Source: Candidatus Latescibacterota bacterium (lineage in GTDB: Bacteria; Latescibacterota; UBA2968; GCA-2709665). From it: a DNA stretch of 64,000 nt. Positions 30,263 to 40,396 of this stretch are shown here, in pieces. Position 1 is the stretch's first letter; the number at the start of each line of letters is the position of its first letter. The stretch spans positions 3,904,001-3,968,000 of the forward strand of contig OZ244744.1 of the NCBI GenBank assembly GCA_965219455.1, written 5' to 3'. The notes below the pieces were generated by a model. The model was not told the DNA's origin, did no database searches, and saw only the letters and a program-made list of their open reading frames with translations. A program made the translations under genes and the position numbers.

Positions 30263-32127
30263 TGACAGGAGTCCGGACGAGTCCGGTAGGCGCTATGTAC
30301 AAGAGACAACACACGCTCGACGAGCTGCGAGCCCGTATTGGCCGTCGAGATCTTATCAAGGCCAAACGATACGGCTTCAGCGACCGGCAGCTTGCCCACC
30401 TGTGGAAAACCAGTGAATGGACCGTCCGGGCCCTCCGAAAAGAACTGAATGTTCAGGCGGTTTACAAAACCATCGATACGTGCGCCGCCGAGTTCGAAGC
30501 GTATACGCCGTACCACTATTCGACCTACGAAGACGAAAACGAGGCCGTCCGCTCGGATCGATCTAAAATCATGATCCTGGGCGGCGGCCCGAACCGCATC
30601 GGGCAGGGCATCGAGTTCGACTACTGCTGTGTGCACGCGGCTTTCGCGCTCAAGGAAGACGGTTATGAGACCATTATGGTCAACTCGAACCCGGAAACCG
30701 TCAGCACCGATTACGACACCTCCGACAAACTCTATTTCGAGCCGCTCACGGCCGAAGACGTACTCAACATCGCGCATCTCGAACAGCCCGATGGCGTCAT
30801 CGTGCAGCTTGGCGGGCAAACCCCGCTGAACCTCGCACGCGACCTGGAGCGAGGCGGCGTCACCATCATCGGGACCTCTACGGACAGCATCGACCTGGCC
30901 GAAGACCGCAAGCGCTTCGGCGCGCTCATCAGGCAACTCGGCATTTCCCAGCCCGAAAACGGAACCGCCACCAGCGTGGACGAAGCCGTGGCGGTGGCCG
31001 ACGCCATCGGATATCCGGTGCTTGTCCGGCCCTCGTACGTCCTCGGCGGACGCGCCATGGTGATCGTCTACGAACGGAATGCGCTTCTCAGCTATATGGA
31101 GAAGGCTATCCAGGCCTCGCCCGAGCATCCCATCCTCATCGACCGTTTTCTCGAAGATGCTCATGAGTTCGACGTGGACGCCGTGGCGGACGATACCACG
31201 GTGGTGATCGGCGGCATCATGCAGCATATCGAAAGCGCCGGCGTGCATTCGGGCGACAGCGCCTGCGTGCTGCCGCCATACGATATCTCCGCGGAACACC
31301 TCGATGAACTCCGTTCCCACACCCATGCGCTGGCCGGCGCCCTGAACGTGGTGGGGTTGATGAACGCGCAGTTCGCCCTTCAGGACAATCAGGTCTACAT
31401 TATCGAAGTCAACCCGCGGGCCAGCCGAACGGTGCCGTTTGTCTCAAAGACGATCGGCGTTCCCCTGGCCAAAGTGGCCGCGCGGGCCATGGTCGGCCGA
31501 TCCTTGAGGGAACAGGGTCTGACAGGCGAAGTCTCCTTCGATCACATTGCCGTCAAGGAGGCCGTCTTACCTTTCGCCAAGTTCCCGGGCGTGGATACCC
31601 TGCTGGGTCCCGAAATGAAGTCCACGGGTGAAGTGATGGGCATCGACACCGACTTCGGACTGAGCTTCCACAAGGCGCAGTTCGGCGCCGGGGTGCGGCT
31701 GCCCACGTCCGGCGCCGTTTTCATCTCGGTCAACGACCGGGACAAAGATGCCGTGATACCCGTTGCCAGGCGTCTGTCGGAGCTTGGTTTTCGGATTGTC
31801 GCGACCCGTGGCACCCACGCCCGGCTCAAGGCGCACAATATTCCCGCCGAGTCCATTCTCAAAATCCAGCAGGGACGCCCGAATATTTTGGACGCCATAA
31901 AAAACAGGGCGATCGTATTAATGGTCAACACCCCGGCGGGGGAGGCCGCGCAGGCCGACGATCACAAGATTCGTCAGGCAACGCTGCAATACGGCATCCC
32001 GTACACGACCACGCTGGCGGGCGCCTCGGCCGCGGTGTCCGGCATCGAATCCCTGAAAAGAAACGGCTTGGTCCGGATTCGTTCTCTCCAGGAATTCCAC
32101 GGGGAGGAGGCGCGTGACAACGTATGA
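30262..32127 (+). CDS. carB: Carbamoyl-phosphate synthase large subunit, C-terminal section
   Basis: TGATG stop/start overlap (alternative ATG 30295); KAKRYGFSD, DTCAAEF, GGGPNRIGQGIEFDY, EVNPRASRT, MGS domain. Confidence 0.92.
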   Translation: MTGVRTSPVGAMYKRQHTLDELRARIGRRDLIKAKRYGFSDRQLAHLWKTSEWTVRALRKELNVQAVYKTIDTCAAEFEAYTPYHYSTYEDENEAVRSDRSKIMILGGGPNRIGQGIEFDYCCVHAAFALKEDGYETIMVNSNPETVSTDYDTSDKLYFEPLTAEDVLNIAHLEQPDGVIVQLGGQTPLNLARDLERGGVTIIGTSTDSIDLAEDRKRFGALIRQLGISQPENGTATSVDEAVAVADAIGYPVLVRPSYVLGGRAMVIVYERNALLSYMEKAIQASPEHPILIDRFLEDAHEFDVDAVADDTTVVIGGIMQHIESAGVHSGDSACVLPPYDISAEHLDELRSHTHALAGALNVVGLMNAQFALQDNQVYIIEVNPRASRTVPFVSKTIGVPLAKVAARAMVGRSLREQGLTGEVSFDHIAVKEAVLPFAKFPGVDTLLGPEMKSTGEVMGIDTDFGLSFHKAQFGAGVRLPTSGAVFISVNDRDKDAVIPVARRLSELGFRIVATRGTHARLKAHNIPAESILKIQQGRPNILDAIKNRAIVLMVNTPAGEAAQADDHKIRQATLQYGIPYTTTLAGASAAVSGIESLKRNGLVRIRSLQEFHGEEARDNV

Positions 32128-33905
32128 AATCGAACTGGAAAATCCTCGTCCCCTGGATCGTCCTTCTTGCGGGAACACTGGTCTCTGGGTGCGTCTATTA
32201 CAACACGTTTTATAACGCCCGAAAACAGTACCGGGAGGCGGAACGAAAACGAGAGGAGGCCGAGAACGTGGCCGCCAGCGGCCAGAGGAGCCGACAGATG
32301 GTGTTCCGGTACCGCGATTTCTACATGCGGGTCATACGCAAGGCGTCCATCGTCCTCGACCGGCATCCCGAGAGCAAGTGGGTGGACGACAGCCTGTTGC
32401 TCATCGGCAAGGCGTTCTACTGGCGTGACAGCTACGGGGACGCCCTGGTCAAATTCCAGGAACTCCAGGAAAACTTCCCTCAAAGCCTGCTGCTTACAGA
32501 AGCGATGTACTGGAAGGGGCTTACGCTCTGGGCGGCCGGAAGAGCCGAAGAAGCGCGGCCGGTATTGGCGAACGTCGGCGAGAGTGCTGATCCGCAATTT
32601 TCCGGGAAAGCACGGCTCGCGCTGGCCGAATTGGAAGCCGAAGCCGGCGATCACGCCGCAGCCATAGTTGCGTATCAACAGCTGCTGAAGAGCAAGCCCA
32701 GGGGACTCGCCACGAAAATATGGGTGGGCATCGGGAACGCCAGGTTTCAACTGGAACAATACGAGGAAGCCCTGCTGGCCTATCGACGTGTTCTGAAATC
32801 AAAACCGAAAAACAAGATCAACTACGAGACCCGCCTTCAGATCGGCCGGATTCTGGAGCGCCAGGGAAAGTTGGACGAAGTCCTTGAAGAATACAAACGT
32901 ATTTTGAAGATCAAGAGCCTGAAGTCCTATGGGCCCGACGTCCAACTCAGACGGGCGAACGTGTATCATCTCATGGGTAAACAGGATATCACCGATCAGA
33001 TCTACAATGAAGTCATCGAGCGCAATCCGAGGACCGAGTACAGCGCGAAGGCCTACTACCGCCTGGCGATGGTGGCGCAGAAGACCCACGGAAATATGGA
33101 AGAGGCGCAAGAGCTTTTCGCCAGCGCCCGAAAAGAAAATCCCGGATCCGACGCGGGCAGGGCGGCGAGAGACCGGGAAAGGGACCTGGGCAAACTGGCG
33201 CGCTTCCAGAAGGCGGCGGCCAAAGGCAAAAAAAAGGGCCTGAAAGCCCTTTTCAACGTGGCCGAGATGTATCTGTTTAATTTCTCTGAACCGGATTCCG
33301 CGCTCGCCACGTATCGCAGAGCTTACGAAATCGCCGATAGCCTGGATACCGAACTGGCGCCCAAAGCCCTCTATTCCATTGGCCTCATCTACGCGGACAG
33401 CCTGAAAAACCAGGAGGCGGCCGAACGAACCTTCAGGCAACTGATCGACGCGTATCCGGTCAACCCCTACGCCGTGAATGCCCGCCAACGCCTGACGCAA
33501 ACCCGCGAGGACGACGCCGGGGCGGAAGCCCGGTTTCGCGAGGCCGAATCGCTGATAAACGGGGGGGCGACGCCATCCGGCTATCTGGAGATCCTCAAAC
33601 AACTGCCATTGGAATTCCCCGACAGCCCCTTTGCGGCCAAAGCCCTTTATACAATCGCCTGGACCTATGCGAACCGCCTGGAGAACCCCGATACCGCCCG
33701 GGTCTATTACCAGCGGCTCGCGGACAGCTATCCTCTAACCGAATTTGCGGAAATCGCGTCGGAAAGCCTGAAGGGCAAGTTTCTGAATGCCATCGCGCAG
33801 TCCGATCCGGAAGCGCAATCCGCCGGCGGAACCGACGGAACGACGCCAGCCGACCGGGGAGACGAAACACGCCAGCGGGATTCCGAAAGCGCGCAGAAGA
33901 AATAG
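32124..33905 (+). CDS. Tetratricopeptide-repeat lipoprotein
   Basis: Lipobox LVSG-C followed by VYYNTFYNA; multiple TPRs (yPxS..A.KALY). Confidence 0.8.
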   Translation: MKSNWKILVPWIVLLAGTLVSGCVYYNTFYNARKQYREAERKREEAENVAASGQRSRQMVFRYRDFYMRVIRKASIVLDRHPESKWVDDSLLLIGKAFYWRDSYGDALVKFQELQENFPQSLLLTEAMYWKGLTLWAAGRAEEARPVLANVGESADPQFSGKARLALAELEAEAGDHAAAIVAYQQLLKSKPRGLATKIWVGIGNARFQLEQYEEALLAYRRVLKSKPKNKINYETRLQIGRILERQGKLDEVLEEYKRILKIKSLKSYGPDVQLRRANVYHLMGKQDITDQIYNEVIERNPRTEYSAKAYYRLAMVAQKTHGNMEEAQELFASARKENPGSDAGRAARDRERDLGKLARFQKAAAKGKKKGLKALFNVAEMYLFNFSEPDSALATYRRAYEIADSLDTELAPKALYSIGLIYADSLKNQEAAERTFRQLIDAYPVNPYAVNARQRLTQTREDDAGAEARFREAESLINGGATPSGYLEILKQLPLEFPDSPFAAKALYTIAWTYANRLENPDTARVYYQRLADSYPLTEFAEIASESLKGKFLNAIAQSDPEAQSAGGTDGTTPADRGDETRQRDSESAQKK

Positions 33906-33968
33906 TCGACGGGACGAGCCACCCGTTCTTCCGTCTGAATCTGTATGTCCGCGTGACGCCTTCGCCCA

Positions 33969-34763
33969 ATGATTCCACAATTTTTCCATGAAAACGCCGA
34001 AGTCCTCGTCAACGAGCAGATTGCTCGAAACGTCTACCTGATGCGCCTGAGCGCGCCGCGAATTGCCCGGGCATGCCGCCCCGCCCAGTTTGTTCAGGTT
34101 CTGACCCACGCATGCCAGGCGCCTTATTTGCGTCGACCGTTCAGCGCGCTCCGCGTGGACCCCGAGGCGGGATGGATGGAGATCGTCTACGACGCCATCG
34201 GGGAAGGCACCCGCCGGATGGCCGTGGCCGTGGCCGGTCATCGCCTGGACCTGCTCGGGCCTCTCGGTCGACCCTTTGTCCCTCCCGAAGCCCACCTGAT
34301 TCTGCTCGTTGCCGGAGGGGTGGGCCTGGTACCCCTTGCCTTTATGGCCTGGTTCCATAGGGAACGTCGAGCTGAAATGGTCTTTCTGATGGGGGCCGCC
34401 AGCAAAACGCGCATGCCTGACATGGATCGTGTGATTCCCGCCGATCTGTGTCGACGGCTGGCTACGGACGACGGCAGCGTGGGGCACACAGGCCCTGTGA
34501 CGGACCTGATTTCGGAGCATGTACTGCGGGACGGAACTCAGGTCCTCACCTGTGGCCCCCACGCCATGATGGCGCGGGTCGCCGAGATCGCGGCCGCACA
34601 CCATCTGCCCTGCTTTGCGTCTCTGGAAAACCACATGGCTTGCGGGTTCGGCGCCTGTGTCGGCTGTGTTGTGGAATACCGGACCGCGGGCCGGGAAGAC
34701 CATCGATACCGGCGGGTCTGCATTGAAGGCCCCGTGCTGGATGCCCACGCGATCGTCTGGTAA
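33969..34763 (+). CDS. pyrK: Dihydroorotate dehydrogenase electron transfer subunit
   Basis: LRRPFS, GPLGRPF, AGGVG, TDDGSVG, CGPHAM, MACGFGACVGC, VCIEGPV. Confidence 0.9.
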   Translation: MIPQFFHENAEVLVNEQIARNVYLMRLSAPRIARACRPAQFVQVLTHACQAPYLRRPFSALRVDPEAGWMEIVYDAIGEGTRRMAVAVAGHRLDLLGPLGRPFVPPEAHLILLVAGGVGLVPLAFMAWFHRERRAEMVFLMGAASKTRMPDMDRVIPADLCRRLATDDGSVGHTGPVTDLISEHVLRDGTQVLTCGPHAMMARVAEIAAAHHLPCFASLENHMACGFGACVGCVVEYRTAGREDHRYRRVCIEGPVLDAHAIVW

Positions 34764-34846
34764 AACGGTGCCCGTTCGGCCTGGCACACGGAGAATCCGT
34801 GCGGCGAGAGACGGTTTCCGGTTCGAATATACAACGCTCGAATTCC

Positions 34847-35770
34847 ATGGACCTTTCCACACACATCGGCGGCGGTCTTACCATCAGGAACCCCGTGATG
34901 ATGGCCTCGGGCACCATCGGGCACGGCGCCGAGTACGCGGGGATGTTCGACTTCGCGCGGGTCGGCGGCGTGGTCACCAAAACCATAACCTATCACCCCC
35001 GCGCCGGCAACAGCGCCCCCCGCACCGCGGAAACCCCGTCGGGGATGCTGAATTCCATCGGCCTGACGAACCCCGGACTTGACGGCTTCATTGTGGAAAA
35101 GATCCCGGCCTTACAGGCCCTACCGACAGCGCGGGTTGTCAGCATCGCCGGCACTTCAAACGATGAATTCGCCGAAATGACGCGCCGGTTCAATGACGTA
35201 CCGGACGTCGACGCCCTTGAATTGAATATCTCGTCGCCCAATATGAAAGACGGCGGCCAACTCTTCGGATGTCGAGAGCAGGCCGCACATGACGTCACGG
35301 CAGCCGTAAAGGCAGTCTCAAGGATTCCCGTCATCGTCAAGCTGACGCCCAACGTAACCGACATTGCCGCCGTGGCTGCAGCCGTGGAAGAAGGCGGCGC
35401 AGACGGCATCGCGCTTATCAACACCCTGCTGGGGCTGGCCGTGGACATCGGCTCCCGGCGCCCCGTCTTGGGCAATATCACCGGCGGTCTTTCCGGACCT
35501 GCCATCAAGCCGGTTGCGCTGGCGATGGTGTGGAAGGTCGCAAACACCGTCACGATCCCGATTGTCGGCATGGGCGGCATTGCTACGGCTCAAGACGCAA
35601 TCGAGTTTCTCATCGTTGGCGCATCCGCCGTTCAGGTTGGAACCACCACCTTTATCAACCCCTGGGCTGCCCTGGAGATTGTCGATGGGATCGCCGATTA
35701 CTGCCGCAGCCACCGGATCGGTCGCATATCAGACCTCGTGGGTTCGTTTGAAACCGGGCCGTGGAACTGA
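34847..35770 (+). CDS. pyrD: Dihydroorotate dehydrogenase family 1B catalytic subunit
   Basis: ASGT, MLNSIGLTNPG, ELNISSPN, VKLTPNVTD, GGLSGPAIKP, GMGGI. Confidence 0.92.
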   Translation: MDLSTHIGGGLTIRNPVMMASGTIGHGAEYAGMFDFARVGGVVTKTITYHPRAGNSAPRTAETPSGMLNSIGLTNPGLDGFIVEKIPALQALPTARVVSIAGTSNDEFAEMTRRFNDVPDVDALELNISSPNMKDGGQLFGCREQAAHDVTAAVKAVSRIPVIVKLTPNVTDIAAVAAAVEEGGADGIALINTLLGLAVDIGSRRPVLGNITGGLSGPAIKPVALAMVWKVANTVTIPIVGMGGIATAQDAIEFLIVGASAVQVGTTTFINPWAALEIVDGIADYCRSHRIGRISDLVGSFETGPWN

Positions 35771-36212
35771 CCGCGTCGCAATTCACATCCTCCTGATACT
35801 TGCAATCGGCCTCACTTCAGGCTGTTTCTCGCGACCCAGGTATCGCTCCTCGCCGCCCAGGGACAACTCCGAAAAAACAACGGTCGATTCTCCCGTGATT
35901 TCGACCGAAGACGCCTTTCAGGTTGGCGTTGCCTCTTTTTATGCGCACAAGTTTCACGGCCGTCCCACCGCCAGCGGTGAAATATTCAATATGTACGGCC
36001 TCACCGCCGCGCATCGGGAACTTCCACTCGGTACCGTCATCCACGTAACCCATCTCGGCAACGGACGAAGCGTTCAGGTGAAGGTCAACGACCGGGGACC
36101 CTTTGTTAAAGGCCGGATTCTCGACCTTTCCCTGGGTGCGGCCCGTCGTCTGGACATGGTTGAAGAGGGCGTTGCCCGGGTCAAAATCCGAATTGTCAAG
36201 GCCATCGATTGA
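35748..36212 (+). CDS. rlpA: Septal ring lytic transglycosylase RlpA family lipoprotein
   Basis: Lipobox LTSG-C; GVASFY, TASGE, TAAHRELP, VNDRGPFVKGRILDLS; start approximate. Confidence 0.88.
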   Translation: MKPGRGTDRVAIHILLILAIGLTSGCFSRPRYRSSPPRDNSEKTTVDSPVISTEDAFQVGVASFYAHKFHGRPTASGEIFNMYGLTAAHRELPLGTVIHVTHLGNGRSVQVKVNDRGPFVKGRILDLSLGAARRLDMVEEGVARVKIRIVKAID

Positions 36213-36249
36213 GGATACTGCAATACCGCGAGCGTAACGAGGCGGGCGG

Positions 36250-37500
36250 TCAACGCCCGCGGCTGGATTCCCGTTGCGAGAGGGCTCGGAAAGCGAACTG
36301 AGCGATGAAGTCGATACCCAGCAACCGACCCATCACCCGCCAGTCGTTCAGGTCGACGGCGCTCAGTCCCGGGCCGCCGCCGTCCAGCACCAGCGTGCCG
36401 ATGTAGAGGCGCGAGCCATCCGGAGAAACGCCAATCGTGGACGCGGCATCGCCGACACGGAGACGCCTGGATATAAGATTGCGCCGTACGTCAATGGCCA
36501 CCAGGAATCCGCCCGTTCGGGTCTCGCTCGAAGCCACGTAAAGCGTCTGGCCATCCGGTGAAAACGCCAGTCCCCTTGCGGAATCTCCACTCAGCTGAAT
36601 GCCCCCTGCGACCTGATCCGAATTCAGATCCAGAACCGAAACGATACCGCGGTTAATGTTGGTCACATATGCCCGTCCGCCGTCCGTCGTTATGCCGATC
36701 TCACCGGGGACGGCGCCGATAATGATGCCGCCCACGTTTTCTCTTCGATCCACGTCGATGACCGAAATGTCACGACTGTCGGCATTCGCCACGTAGAGCT
36801 TCTTCCCATTCGGCAGAATCGCCACGTCGATCGGTCTCTGTCCGACGGAGATCGTATCGACGGGGACCCGCGCCACCAGGTCCAACACCACCAGCCGGTC
36901 GTGGCGTTCTTCCGTCACGTATGCGAACCGCTCGTCGGGGCTCAGGACAATCCGCCCCTGTGATTCCGTCGGTATCGAAAACAGCGCTTCGTGATTCGCA
37001 TTAATGGCGAAGAGCCCGAATCCTTCCGAAACGAAAATTGTCTGTTCGTCCGCCGAGACCGCGATACCGGTCGGTCCCCGAAACCTCAGATAATCCGAAA
37101 GCAAATAAGATTCCGAATCGAAGATTGCCGCCCCCCCCAGCAACGGGTCGAGCACGTAAACGGCGTAGCGGGTGGATGTAGCGGCGTCAGAACGGACCCC
37201 GTACGCGGCGCCGAAAGAGACAAAATCGGAAAAATCGATGGCGCCGTCGCCATTCAGATCCATCCTGGCGTCGTACGCCGCTTCGCCTTCCCGGGCGCTG
37301 AAGCTCCGCGCGAACAACAGGAAATCCGAGAATCCGACAACGCCGTCGTCGTCAAAATCCGCCTCGAGCGGACCCTCCGACCTGAGCGTTACGGGTCCTT
37401 CGGGCTGCCAGGTCAACTTTGGAATCTGCCCTTGCGCCGGATAGACGGAAGCAGAGAAGAAAAAAACGAAAAGCAGCAACCGGTTGAGATTCCCAGTCAT
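36250..37500 (-). CDS. Secreted YVTN-type beta-propeller protein with EF-hand/dockerin-like module
   Basis: Signal peptide; ADFDDDGVVGFSDFLLF and DLNGDGAIDFSDFVSF; repeats PNGKKLYVAN, DGGRAYVTN, SPDGQTLYV. Confidence 0.8.
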   Translation of the reverse strand: MTGNLNRLLLFVFFFSASVYPAQGQIPKLTWQPEGPVTLRSEGPLEADFDDDGVVGFSDFLLFARSFSAREGEAAYDARMDLNGDGAIDFSDFVSFGAAYGVRSDAATSTRYAVYVLDPLLGGAAIFDSESYLLSDYLRFRGPTGIAVSADEQTIFVSEGFGLFAINANHEALFSIPTESQGRIVLSPDERFAYVTEERHDRLVVLDLVARVPVDTISVGQRPIDVAILPNGKKLYVANADSRDISVIDVDRRENVGGIIIGAVPGEIGITTDGGRAYVTNINRGIVSVLDLNSDQVAGGIQLSGDSARGLAFSPDGQTLYVASSETRTGGFLVAIDVRRNLISRRLRVGDAASTIGVSPDGSRLYIGTLVLDGGGPGLSAVDLNDWRVMGRLLGIDFIAQFAFRALSQRESSRGR

Positions 37501-37567
37501 GGAGCATCCTTTTCTGAAGGCACTCAGGCCTTCTCGGAATTTCGCGAACGGGCGCCCGGATTCGCCA

Positions 37568-38779
37568 TCATCCGGCCAGGGCCGCCCGCGCCACCCGGAG
37601 CATGTTGCCACCCAGGATTTTTTGGATATCTGCATCCGAATAACCGCGCTGGACCATACCCACCGTAAAGAGCGGCCAGTTGGTCCACGCGAGACTCTTC
37701 ACCATGTGATCCTGCCGCCAGTGGGCGTTGAACGCATCCGGCGGCCAGAACGCCGCCCAGCGCGGACGCCTGCGCGAACGCGGCGCCTTCCTCCTTTCCT
37801 CGCTGGACGCGCGTGAGGCGTAGGCCGTATCCGTCCCGATCGTGACATGATCGGCGCCGTACGTTCTTACCATATAATCGACGTGATCCAGTAGCGCCCG
37901 TATGTCTCCACTTCGCCCCAGGAAGGCCGGAATGCAGCAGATGCCCACGTAACCGCCCGTATCCACAATCGTCCGGATTACGTTGTCCGGTTTGCACCGG
38001 ATGTGTTCGTTTACCGTACAGCAGCCCGAATGGCTGGCCACCATCGGAACCGAAGACGCCCTGGCCGCTTCCAGGCTGGTCTGCCAGCCAGCGTGCGCCA
38101 CGTCCACGATCACGCCCACGCGATTCATCTCGGCCACGACCGATCTGCCGAGGTCGCTCAAGCCCGCGTTGGCCGGCTCCGCGCACCCGTCTCCCAGCAT
38201 ATTCCGCCGGTTGTACGTCAGGTGCATGATCCGAATCCCCAGTTGAAAAAAGATTCGAATATATCTCAGCTCCTCTTCCACGGTCACCCAGTCCTGTGAA
38301 AGGGGTACGCCGTTCCCGCTCATATAAAAACACCGTTTGCCCTGTGCCTTGGCTGCCTCGATATCCGCCGGCGTGGTTGCCCGCAGCAGGAAATCCCGCA
38401 TGACGTCGGCCACATAGGTAAACCGGGCGAGACGTTTAATCAATCGTAAAGGCGCCTGCCCCTCCTCGCCGGCATTCTGCACGATACAGGTCACGCCGCC
38501 CGACCGCCATGCCTCCTGAAACTCCGTCCGCTCGCCCGGATCGGTTGCGCACCGGGTCATTGACATGTCCTCATTCATGTCGTTCAACTCCGCCTCCGAC
38601 GCACCGGCTTCGACGGCAGCCGCCATCGCGTCTCCATCGATAGCGGCCCTGGGTGCGAATCCGTACGTGTCGCACACGATTGATTCCGCGTGCAAGGCCA
38701 ACCCGTGTTCCAACTCATTCTTTCGCGGCTTCAATATCTGAAGCGCAACCTGCCGCGCCTCTTCGATTTTTTCAATCAT
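37568..38779 (-). CDS. Membrane dipeptidase (peptidase M19) family protein
   Basis: HLTYNRRNMLGDG, GLSDLG, EMNRVGVIVDVAH, ASHS, IGTD, KILGGNMLRV. Confidence 0.85.
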   Translation of the reverse strand: MIEKIEEARQVALQILKPRKNELEHGLALHAESIVCDTYGFAPRAAIDGDAMAAAVEAGASEAELNDMNEDMSMTRCATDPGERTEFQEAWRSGGVTCIVQNAGEEGQAPLRLIKRLARFTYVADVMRDFLLRATTPADIEAAKAQGKRCFYMSGNGVPLSQDWVTVEEELRYIRIFFQLGIRIMHLTYNRRNMLGDGCAEPANAGLSDLGRSVVAEMNRVGVIVDVAHAGWQTSLEAARASSVPMVASHSGCCTVNEHIRCKPDNVIRTIVDTGGYVGICCIPAFLGRSGDIRALLDHVDYMVRTYGADHVTIGTDTAYASRASSEERRKAPRSRRRPRWAAFWPPDAFNAHWRQDHMVKSLAWTNWPLFTVGMVQRGYSDADIQKILGGNMLRVARAALAG

Positions 38780-38962
38780 CTCGCGTCCCCTGTCCGTGAA
38801 TGCCTCGTTGGCCGCCGAATTACCGATCCCGAGAAAATATACGATAACGTCCGCACGCGATCAACGATGAGATTTCAAAAACCCGGGAGACGGGATCCAG
38901 TGAAAACCGGGATCCTGCGGTGGCGCGGCCGTCGCAGTCGCAGTGGATTACCCAGAAAGTCC

Positions 38963-38990
38963 TTGCGTCTTTCGAATTTTCTCATACATT
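38963..38990 (+). promoter_or_regulatory. Candidate sigma70 promoter of the S1 gene
   Basis: TTGCGT-16 bp-TACATT. Confidence 0.45.
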
Positions 38991-39114
38991 TATATGTCTA
39001 GATCCGAGGGCCTCATGATGGGAGCAGGCCTGAAGATCCCCGTGCCGTGCGCGCCGGGCGAGAGTGCGGGGGTTTGACCGAACATCGCCGGAAGAGGGGC
39101 ATGAGAGAACCCGC

Positions 39115-40341
39115 ATGAACGAACCGCGAAATGTCCATGAAATGGACGAAAAATACGTTGCCGACCGTTCCAGCGACGAATTCGCAGCAATGCTCGAAGG
39201 AGAACCGGATCGGGCGCCGGAGCCGATACTTTCGGTGGGCCAGCGGCTCTCGGGACGTATCCAGACCATCGATGAATCCTCGGTGTTTGTAAACTATGGA
39301 GGCCGGAGCGAGGCCGTTGTCGACATCCAGGAACTGAGAGACGAACACGGTGAGGTCTCCTGCCAGGTTGGCGATAACATTGAAGCCTTTGTCGCTTCGG
39401 TGGAGAACGAAGTCCGATTGACCCTGTCCCGGCGTTCGGGCAACGTCCAGATACTGCGTCAGGCCTACGAAAACAACATACCGGTCGACGGACGGGTTAC
39501 CGGGTTCAACTCCGGCGGTCTGGTCGTCAACCTCAGCGGCCGGCGGGCCTTCTGTCCGGTTTCCCAGATCGATACGGGTTACAGCAAAGATCTGGCCTCT
39601 TATGCCGGCCAGACCCATACGTTTAAAATTGTTGAATTCCGAGGTCGGGGCCGCAACATCGTACTGTCGCGCCGCGCCCATCTCGAAGCCGAGGCCGCCC
39701 GCCGCGCGGACGAATTGCGTGAAAAACTCAAAGAGGGCGCGGAAGTCACGGGAAAGATCACCCGGCTTGAACGGTTCGGTGTCTTTGTCGACCTCGGCGG
39801 CGTGGAGGGGCTGGTCCACATTTCGGAAATTGCGCACAACCGGGTCGGGCATCCGAAAGACGTGCTCCGGTCCGGAGACGAAGTCAACGTGAAGATTCTG
39901 GAACTCAAGGGCCTCGGAGGAGACAAGGAACGGATCTCGCTCTCCATAAAGGCGCTCCTGCCCGACCCTTGGGACGGTGCGATCGAGAAATATAAAGAGG
40001 GGGAGGTTATCACCGGAAAAGTCGTCTCGATTCAGCAATTCGGCGCCTTTGTCGAGGTCGCTCCGGGTGTGGAGGGCTTGGTTCACGTCTCCCAACTCGC
40101 GCGAAGCCGCGTGGCGCGGCCCGCCGACGCCGTTTCGGTGGGGCAGGAAGTTCGCGCCCGAGTCCGGAAAATCGACCGGGAAAAGAAACGCATCTCCCTT
40201 TCCATACGCGACGTGCAGGAAGAAGAAAAGAAAGCGGTTGAAGTCAAGGAAATCAAAGCGTTCAAGATCAAGGAAAACACGTCCGACAACAAATCTGAAA
40301 GCGTCATGGCCGACGCCCTCCGCCGGGCCGGATTGCTATAG
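39115..40341 (+). CDS. Four-S1-domain RNA-binding protein (ribosomal protein S1-like)
   Basis: S1 repeats: AFCPVSQI, FGVFVDLGGVEGLVHISE, FGAFVEVAPGVEGLVHVSQ, RISLS. Confidence 0.88.
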   Translation: MNEPRNVHEMDEKYVADRSSDEFAAMLEGEPDRAPEPILSVGQRLSGRIQTIDESSVFVNYGGRSEAVVDIQELRDEHGEVSCQVGDNIEAFVASVENEVRLTLSRRSGNVQILRQAYENNIPVDGRVTGFNSGGLVVNLSGRRAFCPVSQIDTGYSKDLASYAGQTHTFKIVEFRGRGRNIVLSRRAHLEAEAARRADELREKLKEGAEVTGKITRLERFGVFVDLGGVEGLVHISEIAHNRVGHPKDVLRSGDEVNVKILELKGLGGDKERISLSIKALLPDPWDGAIEKYKEGEVITGKVVSIQQFGAFVEVAPGVEGLVHVSQLARSRVARPADAVSVGQEVRARVRKIDREKKRISLSIRDVQEEEKKAVEVKEIKAFKIKENTSDNKSESVMADALRRAGLL

Positions 40342-40396
40342 AAGCGGGTCTCAGGATCCGTCATCCGGGCGGCCGAGAACGGCCTGAGATACCGGC

